Origin: Planctomycetota bacterium
Lineage (GTDB): Bacteria; Planctomycetota; Planctomycetia; Pirellulales; Pirellulaceae
Assembly (NCBI GenBank): GCA_016872725.1
Contig: VGZC01000015.1
Location: 2,271-66,270 of the forward strand
DNA: 64,000 nt
Reading direction: 5' to 3'
A program made the translations under genes and the position numbers. Shown in pieces: positions 48,188-57,834 of this stretch. Under the pieces are notes generated by a model. The model searched no databases. It was not told where the DNA came from and was given only the letters and a program-made list of their open reading frames with translations. Positions within the stretch are counted from its first letter, which is position 1, and the number at the start of each line of letters is the position of its first letter.

Positions 48188-49483
48188 TCAGTCTCCACTT
48201 TCGATCCACGCCTCGTTGAACGCCGCGTGTTTCATACTCTTGCCGCCTTCGACGAAGTAACTGTAGACGACGTGGATCGTGCCGTCCTTCGCCTGAATGA
48301 CCGCGGGATAATGGAACGACCCGTTCGCCGCGCGCTCGAGGTGCCGTGTCCATTTCCAGGTGAGGCCTTCGTCATCGGACATGGAAACGGCGAGGCTGGA
48401 TCGGTCTTGGGTCGAGTCGTTGTAGACGAGCAGCCATCGGCCTCCGGCGAGATTGACGCCGTCGAGCCCCGATCCGGGATTCGGCAAACCGCACACGCCG
48501 ACTTGGCCCCATGTCCGGCCCTCGTCGGACGATTCGGCCGTGCGGATCTTCTCTTGGACGCCGTTTTCGCGCATGAACGCGACGAGCCCACCGTTCTTGC
48601 GCCGCAAGAGGGTCGGCTGAATATTGCCGAATCCGAGCAGGGGCTCGCTCGCGTACCACGTTTCCCCTTGGTCGTCGCTGATCGCCATGATCGACGCGGA
48701 AAACGTGTCGGAATAGAGCGGGAGCAGAATCCGTCCGGAGGGAACCGAGATCGGCTTGCATCGGGGCTGCCACCCCAATCGCTGATAGAGCTTGTCCGAT
48801 ACGCGTTGCCGAAACATGGCGACCTCGGCGCGGAGCGCGTCATTCAACGCGCCGCCGAACGCGGCCACGAACGCGTCGAGTTCACGGATCGCCTCTTCCG
48901 AGAAGTCGTCGGGCTTGAGCAGCACGAGCCCCTCGCGATCCCAGCGCGGGGCGCCGGGCACGTTCGGCCCCGCGAACTCCGACGAAACTCGGAAATTCGT
49001 AAGACACGATTCCCACGTGTTGGCGAGGATCGTCGGCCAAAAAAGCCAGAGCCGATCCTGGCCGTCGATCCAGAGGCACGTATTGCAGTCGGGGAAGCCG
49101 GGTCGATCGGCAAGCAGGAACGGCTCGCTCCAATGCGATTCGCCGGCGCGCCGCCGCGCGCCGAAGACGGCGACGTCGTCCGATCGCCGTTCGCCCGAAC
49201 CGCGGTACCAGGAGACGAGCAGGTCTCCGTTCGGACACTCGACGATTCCCGGCGCGTGGTTGTGCTGCGGGTGGAGAGGAAAGACGAGTTCGGCCGAGTG
49301 GGCGGGCACATCCGAGCGGGTCGACGACGGCTCGTCGGCGATTGCGGCGGAGAGGCCGAGCGAGCCGGCGCAACACGCAACCAGCGCGACAGAGCGCGCC
49401 GAACGGAAAACGCCGTTTCGCCCGCAAAAGCGAAACGGCAGCGTGTGGAACCGGCGCGATGTTGGGGCACGCATGCGCTTCAC
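48188..49483 (-). CDS. BNR/Asp-box repeat exo-alpha-sialidase-like protein, secreted
   Basis: Three Asp-boxes (SDDQGETW, SDEGRTW, SDDEGLTW) in a beta-propeller-sized protein of 431 aa. GTG at 49483 overlaps the upstream TGA (GTGA); ATG at 49474 is the alternative. Confidence 0.75.
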   Translation of the reverse strand: MKRMRAPTSRRFHTLPFRFCGRNGVFRSARSVALVACCAGSLGLSAAIADEPSSTRSDVPAHSAELVFPLHPQHNHAPGIVECPNGDLLVSWYRGSGERRSDDVAVFGARRRAGESHWSEPFLLADRPGFPDCNTCLWIDGQDRLWLFWPTILANTWESCLTNFRVSSEFAGPNVPGAPRWDREGLVLLKPDDFSEEAIRELDAFVAAFGGALNDALRAEVAMFRQRVSDKLYQRLGWQPRCKPISVPSGRILLPLYSDTFSASIMAISDDQGETWYASEPLLGFGNIQPTLLRRKNGGLVAFMRENGVQEKIRTAESSDEGRTWGQVGVCGLPNPGSGLDGVNLAGGRWLLVYNDSTQDRSSLAVSMSDDEGLTWKWTRHLERAANGSFHYPAVIQAKDGTIHVVYSYFVEGGKSMKHAAFNEAWIESGD

Positions 49484-49929
49484 TTGGTCGAAAGCTGCAC
49501 GTTGCCCATGTCCGTCGGCTTGCCCGACTCGACCTTGACCTTGATCGTCGAAGTCTTGGGATCGCTGTACTTACCCTTAAGCTTGTCGGGGCCGCCGTAT
49601 TCCATGCTCAGCATGTTGAGCTGGCCCCACTCGAATGTCAGCGTGTAGTCGCCGGGCGGAACGCCGTCACCCTGATCGTAGGTCGACACGGCGAACTTGC
49701 CGGACGCGTCAGTATAGGCGAGCGAAACGGTCGGATTCGCCGCGTCGACGCCCTTGTCGTCGACGAGCACGACCTTGAGGTCGGCGGCGGGTTGGCCATC
49801 AACGAGCACCGTACCGGTGAGTGGATACGTTTCCTTCCGATTGGACTTGTCGCCGGAGCATGCGCAGCACGCGGCCGCGAGGATCACAAGCGCGCTCCAT
49901 CGAGCACGCGGCAAACGGACCTTGGTCAT
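49480..49929 (-). CDS. lipoprotein with carboxypeptidase-regulatory-like beta-sandwich (typical DUF1559 partner)
   Basis: Signal plus lipobox (VILAAACCAC|SG). The body TGTVLVDGQPAADLKVVLVDDKG...SGKFAVSTY...PGDYTLTF is CarboxypepD_reg-like; 149 aa. Confidence 0.7.
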   Translation of the reverse strand: MTKVRLPRARWSALVILAAACCACSGDKSNRKETYPLTGTVLVDGQPAADLKVVLVDDKGVDAANPTVSLAYTDASGKFAVSTYDQGDGVPPGDYTLTFEWGQLNMLSMEYGGPDKLKGKYSDPKTSTIKVKVESGKPTDMGNVQLSTK

Positions 49930-50001
49930 GGACGGATCTTCCTTATTTCGTCTCGATGATGCCTCCTCGAATCGGAGGCGGATAGCGCGGCTTCCGACCG
50001 A

Positions 50002-51036
50002 TCACTCGTTCGGAATGACCTCGCCTTTTTCCCGCGTGATTTGTCCGGCGAGCACGAGCCCGGCGACCGATTGGGACATGAACCGCACCGAGCCGTCGCA
50101 CATCGCGAACTGGCAGCCTTGATTGTGGAACGAGTGGAACCCATACCCCCGCATGTTGGTGCAATTGATGCCGCACGGGCCTTCCTGGGGAACCGACGTG
50201 ATGCCCGTATAGAGCGATCCGGAAAGCCAGTGTTCGCCGTTGAGCGCGTCGCCCCAGCCGCCGCCGTTGAGGGGCGCGATCGCGGGAATGGACACGGGAA
50301 TGCGCTTGGCGTAGAAGCTCGGCCCGCCGCCCGTGCGTTCGCCGAGCAGGATCGTATTGGACGTACCGTCGGTGATGTTGGAAAGATTGTTGTTCTTGAA
50401 GTCCATGTAATTGGCGAAGAGCAGGTTGATGTGGGGCTGAATCGCGCCGTGCCGCGTACCGCCCGCTCCACCGCTCGCCGCGTAAGCGAGGTTCGCGAAC
50501 GCGCCGCGCACACCCGTCGCGATGCAATAGTCCGAAGGCGCCGCTCTCCACGTCAGCGTGGGAAGGCCCGGCACCGCGCCACTCGGAATGGCTCCGTTGT
50601 AAATCCGCGTGCCGCCCGGAGGCGCGGAGGGGCAGAGAAACGTCTGGATGACCGTCTGGATCACCGTCATGTTCTGAAGGCCCTGCGCGCCGGCCTGATT
50701 GCACGCGGGGAACCGGGGATCGTACTGGTCATAGAGCGGTTGCTGTTCGATGAACGGCAGGATCGACGAACCCCACGACTGAACGTTGAAGCTCATGTTC
50801 GGCTGGATCGTGACGCTGTAGGCCATCGGAAGTGACTTGAATGTGTCATGGTAGTTGTGGTTGGCGAGCCCCAACTGCTTGAGGTTGTTCCCGCACTGCA
50901 TGCGCCGCGCGGCTTCGCGCGCGGCCTGAACGGCGGGAAGGAGCAGCGCGACCAGAATGCCGATGATGGCGATCACGACCAACAGTTCGACCAGCGTGAA
51001 CCCGCGCCGGCCCCGCATGGAACGCAGACCTCTCAT
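50002..51036 (-). CDS. DUF1559 domain protein with prepilin-type N-terminal cleavage/methylation segment and H-x9-DG motif
   Basis: [35 protein letters not shown] at the N terminus; C-terminal HNQGCQFAMCDG (H-x9-DG). RBS-like GAGAGGGAAAC precedes the ATG. Confidence 0.9.
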   Translation of the reverse strand: MRGLRSMRGRRGFTLVELLVVIAIIGILVALLLPAVQAAREAARRMQCGNNLKQLGLANHNYHDTFKSLPMAYSVTIQPNMSFNVQSWGSSILPFIEQQPLYDQYDPRFPACNQAGAQGLQNMTVIQTVIQTFLCPSAPPGGTRIYNGAIPSGAVPGLPTLTWRAAPSDYCIATGVRGAFANLAYAASGGAGGTRHGAIQPHINLLFANYMDFKNNNLSNITDGTSNTILLGERTGGGPSFYAKRIPVSIPAIAPLNGGGWGDALNGEHWLSGSLYTGITSVPQEGPCGINCTNMRGYGFHSFHNQGCQFAMCDGSVRFMSQSVAGLVLAGQITREKGEVIPNE

Positions 51037-51421
51037 GTTTCCCTCTCAAACCCTGTTCTCGAATAAGGACCCGAAAACGACACGTGTCTTCTTCCCGCCG
51101 TCGCGACGTCGACTCGCCTCTCTCGGTCGCCATCATAGTCGCCGATCGCGGATCGCTCAACCAACCGACTGGCGTTCGGAGTATGCCCGTAGGATGTCGT
51201 ACCGGTCCGTTTCGGTGGCCGGCACTCCGCGGAGAACAACAGGCGCCGGGCCAGCCGACTTTCCCGCCGGCCCGGCGTCATCGTGAAGCCGACATGACCG
51301 ATACGCATGAAGGCGTCGCACGCGGCACGCTCCCAGCGATCCAACGCCCGCGGTCGGAGTCGGCCCGGTTCTCGGGCGCTATGGCCGAACCGGGTCGCTC
51401 GTCCATTGGGGCCGTTTGGGC

Positions 51422-51616
51422 CTACTCGGGCGGCTTCTCCGGCGCGCCGCCCGCCGGCCCGCCCGCCGGTCCACCTTTGCCGCCCGCCGCGCCGCGGCCG
51501 GGAGGGATATCCGGAACGGTCCCGGGAGCCGGTTCGGGGTCTTTCTTCTGACATCCCGTCAGCATCGGGCCCGCGCAAACCAGCGCGAGCAGCCCTACGA
51601 TCAGTCCACGTCGCAT
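51422..51616 (-). CDS. small Pro/Gly-rich lipoprotein (64 aa)
   Basis: ATG at 51616, preceded by AGGAGG. Signal plus lipobox MRRGLIVGLLALVCAGPMLTG|C. The mature part is a P/G/A-rich low-complexity tail. Confidence 0.55.
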   Translation of the reverse strand: MRRGLIVGLLALVCAGPMLTGCQKKDPEPAPGTVPDIPPGRGAAGGKGGPAGGPAGGAPEKPPE

Positions 51617-51736
51617 GAAAGCCTCCTGAAACGAAAACACCGATTCAAACAGCAAGCAATCGGGAAAAAACGACGCGCGGCATGGCCACCGCGCGTCGTT
51701 GATTCGAACAGACGAAACCACTCGACCATGAGCGGA

Positions 51737-52756
51737 CTAGTTGGTCTGATCGACGGTCTCACCGGCCGCCCGCGTCGACATGGCTTCGATCACGGTCGGA
51801 ACGTACGGTTGGCCCGTGAGGTTCTGCGGGCCGGCCGCCGTGTACGCGATGAAGCGTACGCTTCCATCGGTCAACGCCCAGTTGGCGCCGTTGGGGTGAA
51901 GGCTCCAGAAATGGTACCGGTGCAGGTCATTCGGGTCGTTGATCGCACCCTTGCGGAAAAAGTCGGGCTGCGCGTTGGGAGCGCCCGCGCGTTCGAACAC
52001 GCCGAGCACCACGTCCGAGGTACCGAAGTAGGGATAGTCGCCCGATCCGGCCCATTGCCAGCCGTATTCCAGCGAGCTCGACGGCGGACGCTCGCCGATG
52101 ATCAACGTATTGCTCGTGCCGTCATAAACCTGGCCCATCGTGATTCCCGAATTGACGAAGAGCATCCCATCCTGACCGTTCGCGGGCGCTTCCTTGAACT
52201 GGTTTCGGCCCGTGACGCCGAGGTACGACGTCAGCGCGGCGATCGTCGTTCCCGAACCCCATTGCAAATTGCTGCGCGGATCGGACGGGCATTTGAGCAT
52301 GGGGCACTTGGCTGAAATGATCGCGCCGCCCGGGCTGACCGTCGTCGGGAATTGCTGCCACCACGGCCAAGCCGCGGAGACGCCGCGCATGTCGGCCATA
52401 TCATAGAGCGTGTTCATTTCGATGTACGGAGCGATCCGCATCATCCAGCTCCAGAACGGACCTTCCGCGGGATACGAAGAACTCGGCGTGTAGCCGCCGG
52501 GCGCATCGTTACGCTGGTACCCGGAATACCAGGTCTTTCCCATTTGATGCGCCGCTGGAAACCGCTTGTACGTGTCGTGGAAGTTGTGGAGCGCCAAGAC
52601 CGCGTTGTGCAGGTTGTTGATGCACTGGGTCCGGCGCGCCGCCTCCCGCGCGGCCTGCACAGCCGGCAAGAGCAAGGCGACCAAGATGCCGATGATGGCG
52701 ATGACCACGAGGAGTTCCACCAACGTGAACCCTCGCTTCGACGAGTGCCGACGCAT
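51737..52756 (-). CDS. DUF1559 domain protein with prepilin-type N-terminal cleavage/methylation segment and H-x9-DG motif
   Basis: [37 protein letters not shown] terminus, near-identical to the 50002..51036 paralogue. C-terminal [22 protein letters not shown] upstream. Confidence 0.9.
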   Translation of the reverse strand: MRRHSSKRGFTLVELLVVIAIIGILVALLLPAVQAAREAARRTQCINNLHNAVLALHNFHDTYKRFPAAHQMGKTWYSGYQRNDAPGGYTPSSSYPAEGPFWSWMMRIAPYIEMNTLYDMADMRGVSAAWPWWQQFPTTVSPGGAIISAKCPMLKCPSDPRSNLQWGSGTTIAALTSYLGVTGRNQFKEAPANGQDGMLFVNSGITMGQVYDGTSNTLIIGERPPSSSLEYGWQWAGSGDYPYFGTSDVVLGVFERAGAPNAQPDFFRKGAINDPNDLHRYHFWSLHPNGANWALTDGSVRFIAYTAAGPQNLTGQPYVPTVIEAMSTRAAGETVDQTN

Positions 52757-53190
52757 ACACGCTCCTCCAAAAAAAGAATCGAAAAATGCCGAACGGCCAA
52801 ACCGAACTCATGAACCCGCGGCAATAACAGGCCACCGCGGGATAATGACAATGACCTCAACGTGACACGCACGGGCGCCGTCCGCTCGCTCCCCCAAGGC
52901 CCACTGCGGCGTCCGCGAATAGCCCTCAGTGTAGGCCGTCCACCGGGAAATGCAACTTCGCGGCGCGGATTTTGCCCTAGAGAGGACTCGCTGAGCGGCC
53001 GGCGACCGACGGATCCGATCGGCTCCTGACGGGAGATCGGCCGCGGGCGGCCACCCGTTTGGCAATCCCGTGTGGCAACAGGCGATCCGTGGAGCTAGCA
53101 TGGCCGGCATGTTGAATCGTGACACGCGCCGCGCGACCTCCCGTCTTGGAGCAACCGCTCGCCGATGGCAACTCCGTGGGTTCTCTCACC

Positions 53191-54501
53191 ATGATCGATT
53201 CCCATGATTCGCGGCCAGCCACCCCATCGCGCATGACGACTCGGCGCGCCTTCCTCCAAGCCGGGTCGCTCGGCGCCGTCGGCCTGAACCTGCCGCGGCT
53301 TCTCGAAGCTTCCGAGAGGACGGGGGGCGGCGGCCCGGACCGTTCGTGCATTGTCATCTTCAACGTGGGCGGCCCCAGCCAGCTCGACACGTTCGATCCA
53401 AAACCCGATGCGCCGTCCGAGATCCGCGGCCCGTATCGGCCGATCGCGACCGCCGTGCCCGGCACGTGGATTTCCGAGCTCTTTCCGCTGCACGCGCGGA
53501 TCGCCGACCGGTTCTCGCTCGTCCGGTCCTGCCGTCACGGAGCGCCGGCCGCGCATGACGCCGGGTGGCAGATCATGCAGACCGGGCGGTATTTCACGCG
53601 AGGCCTGGAAACGCCGCATTTCGGCGCGGCCGCATCGTTCGCGCTCGGCGATCGCGATCGGTCCGCCGCCTTCGCCGTGGTCCCCGAACCGATGGGCCGC
53701 GGCGGGGGCAACCTGCCGAACGGCCAATCGGCGGGATTCCTGGGCAGAGGATATGACCCGTGGACGCCGATCGAGGTGACGGGCGGCGGGTCCTGGCGGG
53801 GCGCCGCCGATGACGCGATCCGACGACTCGAATCGATCGCCGAACGCCGTCCCCCGGACCGCCATTTCGACCGGGCCTTCCGGATGGTCGCGAACGAACG
53901 GGCTTTGGCCGCCTGGAACGTGGCGGCCGAGCGCGATTCGGTCCGCCGGAGATACGGAGTGACACGTTTCGGTCAGTCGTGCCTCGCCGCCCGCCGGCTT
54001 GTGGAGGCCGGTGTGCGGTTCGTCACGATCAACACGTTTCCGACGGTGTTCGACGAGCCGACCTGGGATGTCCACGGATTCGCGCCGTTCACGACGATGG
54101 ACGCCATGCGATCGACCGTCGCGCCGATGGTCGACCAGGCGACCAGCGCGCTGATCGAGGACCTCGATCAGCGCGGCCTGCTCGACACGACCCTCGTTTG
54201 CAGCGTCGCCGAATTCGGCCGCACGCCGAGAATCAACGCGGCGGGCGGACGCGACCACTGGCCGCAGTGCTTCACGTGCGCGTTCGCAGGAGGCGGCGTT
54301 TCGGGCGGGCGCGTCGTCGGACGAAGCGACGCCGTGGCGGGCGAGCCGGTCGAGCGGCCGGTCGAACCGCCCGACCTGGCCGCGACGATCTTCTGGAGCC
54401 TTGGCATCGACCCCCGGCTCGAACTGCCCGGCCCCGACGGCCGCTCCGTGCCGCTCGTCGATTCCCCCCACGCGCCCGTTTGGGAACTTTTCGGCGCGTA
54501 G
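53191..54501 (+). CDS. DUF1501 domain protein (sulfatase-fold), TAT signal
   Basis: TRRAFLQAGSLGAVGL twin-arginine signal. FNVGGPSQLDTFDPKPDAPSEIRGPYRPIATAVPG is the hallmark DUF1501 N-terminal block. ATG at 53191 (ATG at 53233 is also possible). Confidence 0.85.
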   Translation: MIDSHDSRPATPSRMTTRRAFLQAGSLGAVGLNLPRLLEASERTGGGGPDRSCIVIFNVGGPSQLDTFDPKPDAPSEIRGPYRPIATAVPGTWISELFPLHARIADRFSLVRSCRHGAPAAHDAGWQIMQTGRYFTRGLETPHFGAAASFALGDRDRSAAFAVVPEPMGRGGGNLPNGQSAGFLGRGYDPWTPIEVTGGGSWRGAADDAIRRLESIAERRPPDRHFDRAFRMVANERALAAWNVAAERDSVRRRYGVTRFGQSCLAARRLVEAGVRFVTINTFPTVFDEPTWDVHGFAPFTTMDAMRSTVAPMVDQATSALIEDLDQRGLLDTTLVCSVAEFGRTPRINAAGGRDHWPQCFTCAFAGGGVSGGRVVGRSDAVAGEPVERPVEPPDLAATIFWSLGIDPRLELPGPDGRSVPLVDSPHAPVWELFGA

Positions 54502-54575
54502 GCGGATCGCGAACGGTGCGAAGAGCGTATCGACGGCGGATCGACGGAACGCCGCGCGCGTTGTCCGAGCCGTCG

Positions 54576-56021
54576 TCACGGGCGTGGTTCGGGGTGCGCC
54601 GATCCGTCTCCCGAGCGGCCCGGATCGCGGAACGCGACCAGGAACAGGAGCATCACCAACGCCGCTCCGGCGGACGGAATACTCCACACCTGTCTCCACT
54701 GGACGGTGGCGAGCAGGATCTCGGAGCGTTGCTTGCGCAAGGCGGCGATCTGTTCCAGTTCGGTCGGCCCTTTTCGGTCGTTCGATTCGATCGCGGCGAT
54801 CCGTTTCGCGATCGCTTCGGCCTCCTTGGCTTTCGCCTCCTGGTCGGCGCTCGTGTGGCGTTTTTCGATTTGGCCGGCGGCTTGGGCGCCGATGAGCATT
54901 CCCAAGCCGAGCGTGAACAGCACGAGCATGCCCTGGGCCTGGGCGCGGACGTGCGACGGGGCCGCCTTGTCCGTGTAGATCTGGCCCGTGACGAAGAAGA
55001 AGTCGTAGCAGATCCCATGCAGGACGATGCCCGCCAAGACGAGCGGCGCGAGGCCGGTCGTCGCCGTCGCCGCGAAGAGCGCGTATCGAACGACCCACGC
55101 GAGCATACCGACGAAGAGCATCCATTTGACGCCGAGCCGCGCGAAGAAGAGCGGCATCACGAGCATGAAGAAGATCTCGGACATCTGCCCGAAGCTCATC
55201 TTGAACGCGGGATTGACGAGCCCGGAATGATCGACGAACTTCGCCGCCATTTGGTAATAAAAGGCGAGCGGAATGCAGATCAGGAATGAACTCAACATGA
55301 AGACGAAAAACGACGGCTTGGCGAGCATGCCGAGCGCGTCGAAACCGAGCAGTTCGCCGATGCGGACCTGTTTGCCTTTTCCGGCGGGCGGCGTGTGCGG
55401 CAACGTGAAGCTATAGACGCCCATGACGGCGGCCGAAACGGCCGCGAGGTAGAAGAGGTTCACGGCCGCGTCCCAACCTTGCCAACTGACGAACACGCCC
55501 GCGACGATCCACCCGATCGTTCCGAAGACGCGGATCAACGGAAACTGCTTCTCCGGATTGCGCATGCTGTGCAAGGCGATCGAATTGGTCAGCGCGAGGG
55601 TCGGGAAGTAGCAGAGCATGTGGGCGAAGAACAGCAGATTGACGACCGCGGGGCTCGCCGCTTCCCGCGACAGGGCGAGCGACGGGATCTCGACGCGGGT
55701 CGCTCCCGCGACGAACGCCATCGGTTCGTGCGAGCCCATCAGGGACGCCGCGGCGAACATGGCCGCGGCGCCCGCCAGATGCATCACGCCGAGGATGCGT
55801 TCGGTCGCGAAAAACCGGTCGGCGATCATGCCGACGAAAAACGGAGAGAGGATGCCCGCGATCGGGCCCACCGAATAGGTCCAGCCGAACTCGGGGCCGC
55901 CGAATCCGATCTTGCCCAAGAAGAGCGGCGCGGTCACGTACCACGATCCCCAGATGAAGAACTGCAGGAACATCATGATCGACAGACGCGGCATGACGCT
56001 CGCGCTCGGTGACTGGTTCAT
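54576..56021 (-). CDS. MFS nucleoside:H+ symporter family (NupG/XapB-like) transporter with C-terminal extension
   Basis: ATG at 56021. LSIMMFLQFFIWGSWYVT matches the NupG N-terminal signature (FLQFxxWGSW). 481 aa, with an extra charged helix plus a hydrophobic helix at the C terminus. Confidence 0.75.
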   Translation of the reverse strand: MNQSPSASVMPRLSIMMFLQFFIWGSWYVTAPLFLGKIGFGGPEFGWTYSVGPIAGILSPFFVGMIADRFFATERILGVMHLAGAAAMFAAASLMGSHEPMAFVAGATRVEIPSLALSREAASPAVVNLLFFAHMLCYFPTLALTNSIALHSMRNPEKQFPLIRVFGTIGWIVAGVFVSWQGWDAAVNLFYLAAVSAAVMGVYSFTLPHTPPAGKGKQVRIGELLGFDALGMLAKPSFFVFMLSSFLICIPLAFYYQMAAKFVDHSGLVNPAFKMSFGQMSEIFFMLVMPLFFARLGVKWMLFVGMLAWVVRYALFAATATTGLAPLVLAGIVLHGICYDFFFVTGQIYTDKAAPSHVRAQAQGMLVLFTLGLGMLIGAQAAGQIEKRHTSADQEAKAKEAEAIAKRIAAIESNDRKGPTELEQIAALRKQRSEILLATVQWRQVWSIPSAGAALVMLLFLVAFRDPGRSGDGSAHPEPRP

Positions 56022-56122
56022 CGCGTTTTCCTCGTCGCGCACGATCGGAGTCGGATCGACCCGGAATGAAAGGGAACGGCCGGCGCATTCTAAAGCGCGG
56101 CGCGCGGCGGCGGAAGTTCCGC

Positions 56123-57382
56123 CTACCGCGATTCGCCCATGCAATAGAGGAACTTGTCCGATCGGATCAGGAGCCGCGGTCCGTCCGGCGCCGGGCTGCC
56201 GTTAAAGACACCGCCGTCGCGCAGGTCGTTCGTCGCCAGCAGGCTGAATTTCGGACCCGCTTCCACAACGAATGTGCGACCGTCGCGCGTGAGATAATAA
56301 AGTCGACCGCCCGCCAGGAATGCCGACGCGTAGATCTGTCCGGCTCGTTCGAGCTTCTCCTCGTAGACCACGTCGCCCGTCTTGGCGTCCGCGCAGTAGG
56401 CGATGCCCCGCGCTTCGTTCGCCCAATAGAGTCGGCCGTCGTGGTGGATGGGCGACGACACGTTCGCTCCCCGTGTGCTCGTCCAGAGCCTGCGCTCGGC
56501 CGTCACATCGCCCGATCCGCCCGCACGGACGGCCAGCCCGGCGATTCCGGAACGGCCGCCCAGACAATAGACGATTCCGTCCGACGCGACGGGGCTCGGA
56601 ACCATATACCATCCGATATCCGTCTTGCACGACCATCGCCGAGTACCCGTTTCGGGATCGACTCCGAGTATTTGTCCTTTGACCGCGACGATCACTTCCG
56701 CCTTGCCCGAATCCGGTTCCGTCACGATCGGCGTATTCCACGCCTCATGGACATTGCGGAGCCGCCATCGTTCGGCGCCCGTCGCGCGGTCGAGCGCGAC
56801 AAGGGATTGGCTCTCGACGCTCGCGTTGATCAGCACCAGATCGTGAAAGAGGACGGGCGACGCTCCGGAGCCCCATCCGTTCGTGCCCGACCCGACATCC
56901 GCTCGCCAGGCCAAGTTCCCGGAATGATCGTAGGCGAGTACGCCCGACTTTCCGTAAAAGACATAGACCCGTTCGGCATCGGCCGCCGGAGTGCTCGCCG
57001 CGTAGCCGTGGTCGCGAATCCGCTCCTCTTCGGGCAACTCGGCGTCAACCGACTTTTTCCAGGCGATCGCTCCGTCGCGACGGCGAACGGCGATCAAGTG
57101 GCGTTTGAGGTCCTCGAGCCTTCCACCCGGTTGACCCGGTTCGAGGTATCCCGTGTACGCCGTCAGATACACATGCTCGCCCCAGACGATCGGGCTTGAC
57201 GCGCCCGCGCCGGGAAGGGCCGTCTTCCAGACGATGTTCCGGTTTTCCGGGCCGCTCCATTGCACGGGCGGTTCGGATACGCTGATTCCCGATCCGTTGG
57301 GGCCTCGGAACCGAGCCCAATCCTCGGCCCTGGCATCGCCGATCGCGATCAGGCAGAGCGAAAGGAAACCGGCATGCCGCAT
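56123..57382 (-). CDS. PQQ-like beta-propeller repeat protein (BamB-like), secreted
   Basis: ATG at 57382 (ATG at 57421 is the alternative). Signal MRHAGFLSLCLIAIGDARA. Repeated W/blade motifs (WRFRGPNGSG, ...AWKK, ...AWRA, ...RWRL, ...RWSC). Confidence 0.75.
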   Translation of the reverse strand: MRHAGFLSLCLIAIGDARAEDWARFRGPNGSGISVSEPPVQWSGPENRNIVWKTALPGAGASSPIVWGEHVYLTAYTGYLEPGQPGGRLEDLKRHLIAVRRRDGAIAWKKSVDAELPEEERIRDHGYAASTPAADAERVYVFYGKSGVLAYDHSGNLAWRADVGSGTNGWGSGASPVLFHDLVLINASVESQSLVALDRATGAERWRLRNVHEAWNTPIVTEPDSGKAEVIVAVKGQILGVDPETGTRRWSCKTDIGWYMVPSPVASDGIVYCLGGRSGIAGLAVRAGGSGDVTAERRLWTSTRGANVSSPIHHDGRLYWANEARGIAYCADAKTGDVVYEEKLERAGQIYASAFLAGGRLYYLTRDGRTFVVEAGPKFSLLATNDLRDGGVFNGSPAPDGPRLLIRSDKFLYCMGESR

Positions 57383-57834
57383 TGCGGGTCGTCGAATCGA
57401 TATCGATAGGGCTTTCCACATTCCAGGGGTTCTCCCGCGTAGAGTCATCCGCGCAACGGGCCCGGCGATCCGTATCGCCGAAGGCCGAAACAGCTTACCA
57501 TCGCCGCGACGCGACGGACATCCGCGTGGGACCGTGCGTCGCGCAGGGGACGCGTCGCGTCTTGCCGCCGTTCACGGAAACCACTACTCTGGCCATAGGG
57601 GCAGGGCATCCGTCGGATGGAGACCGCCGTCTTTCTTGAAGATTCGTGACCGCCGATGGGTGCCGATCGCGTTCTTGATGCATGGAGCAACAACGCGGAT
57701 CGACGCGGCCCGTCCCGTCCGGGAATTTCGGCCGCGTGCGGCGAGGTTGGCCCGCGCCCAATCCGATGAACCGCTCGGAATGCGACGGATCGACCCCATC
57801 GGTTCCAATCCCATCGAGCAGGAGAACGACGACA

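Noticed and set aside
46545-49648. Plus-strand ORFs 46545..48260 (571 aa) and 47954..49648 (564 aa)
   Set aside because: They are antisense to the PhoPQ-related and BNR genes, which carry recognisable family motifs (GGSKRGW, three Asp-boxes). The plus-strand translations are R/E/D/G-rich with no motifs.
53095-55125. 676-aa minus-strand ORF
   Set aside because: It is antisense to the DUF1501 gene and runs out of frame into the NupG-like gene. Arg-rich nonsense composition.
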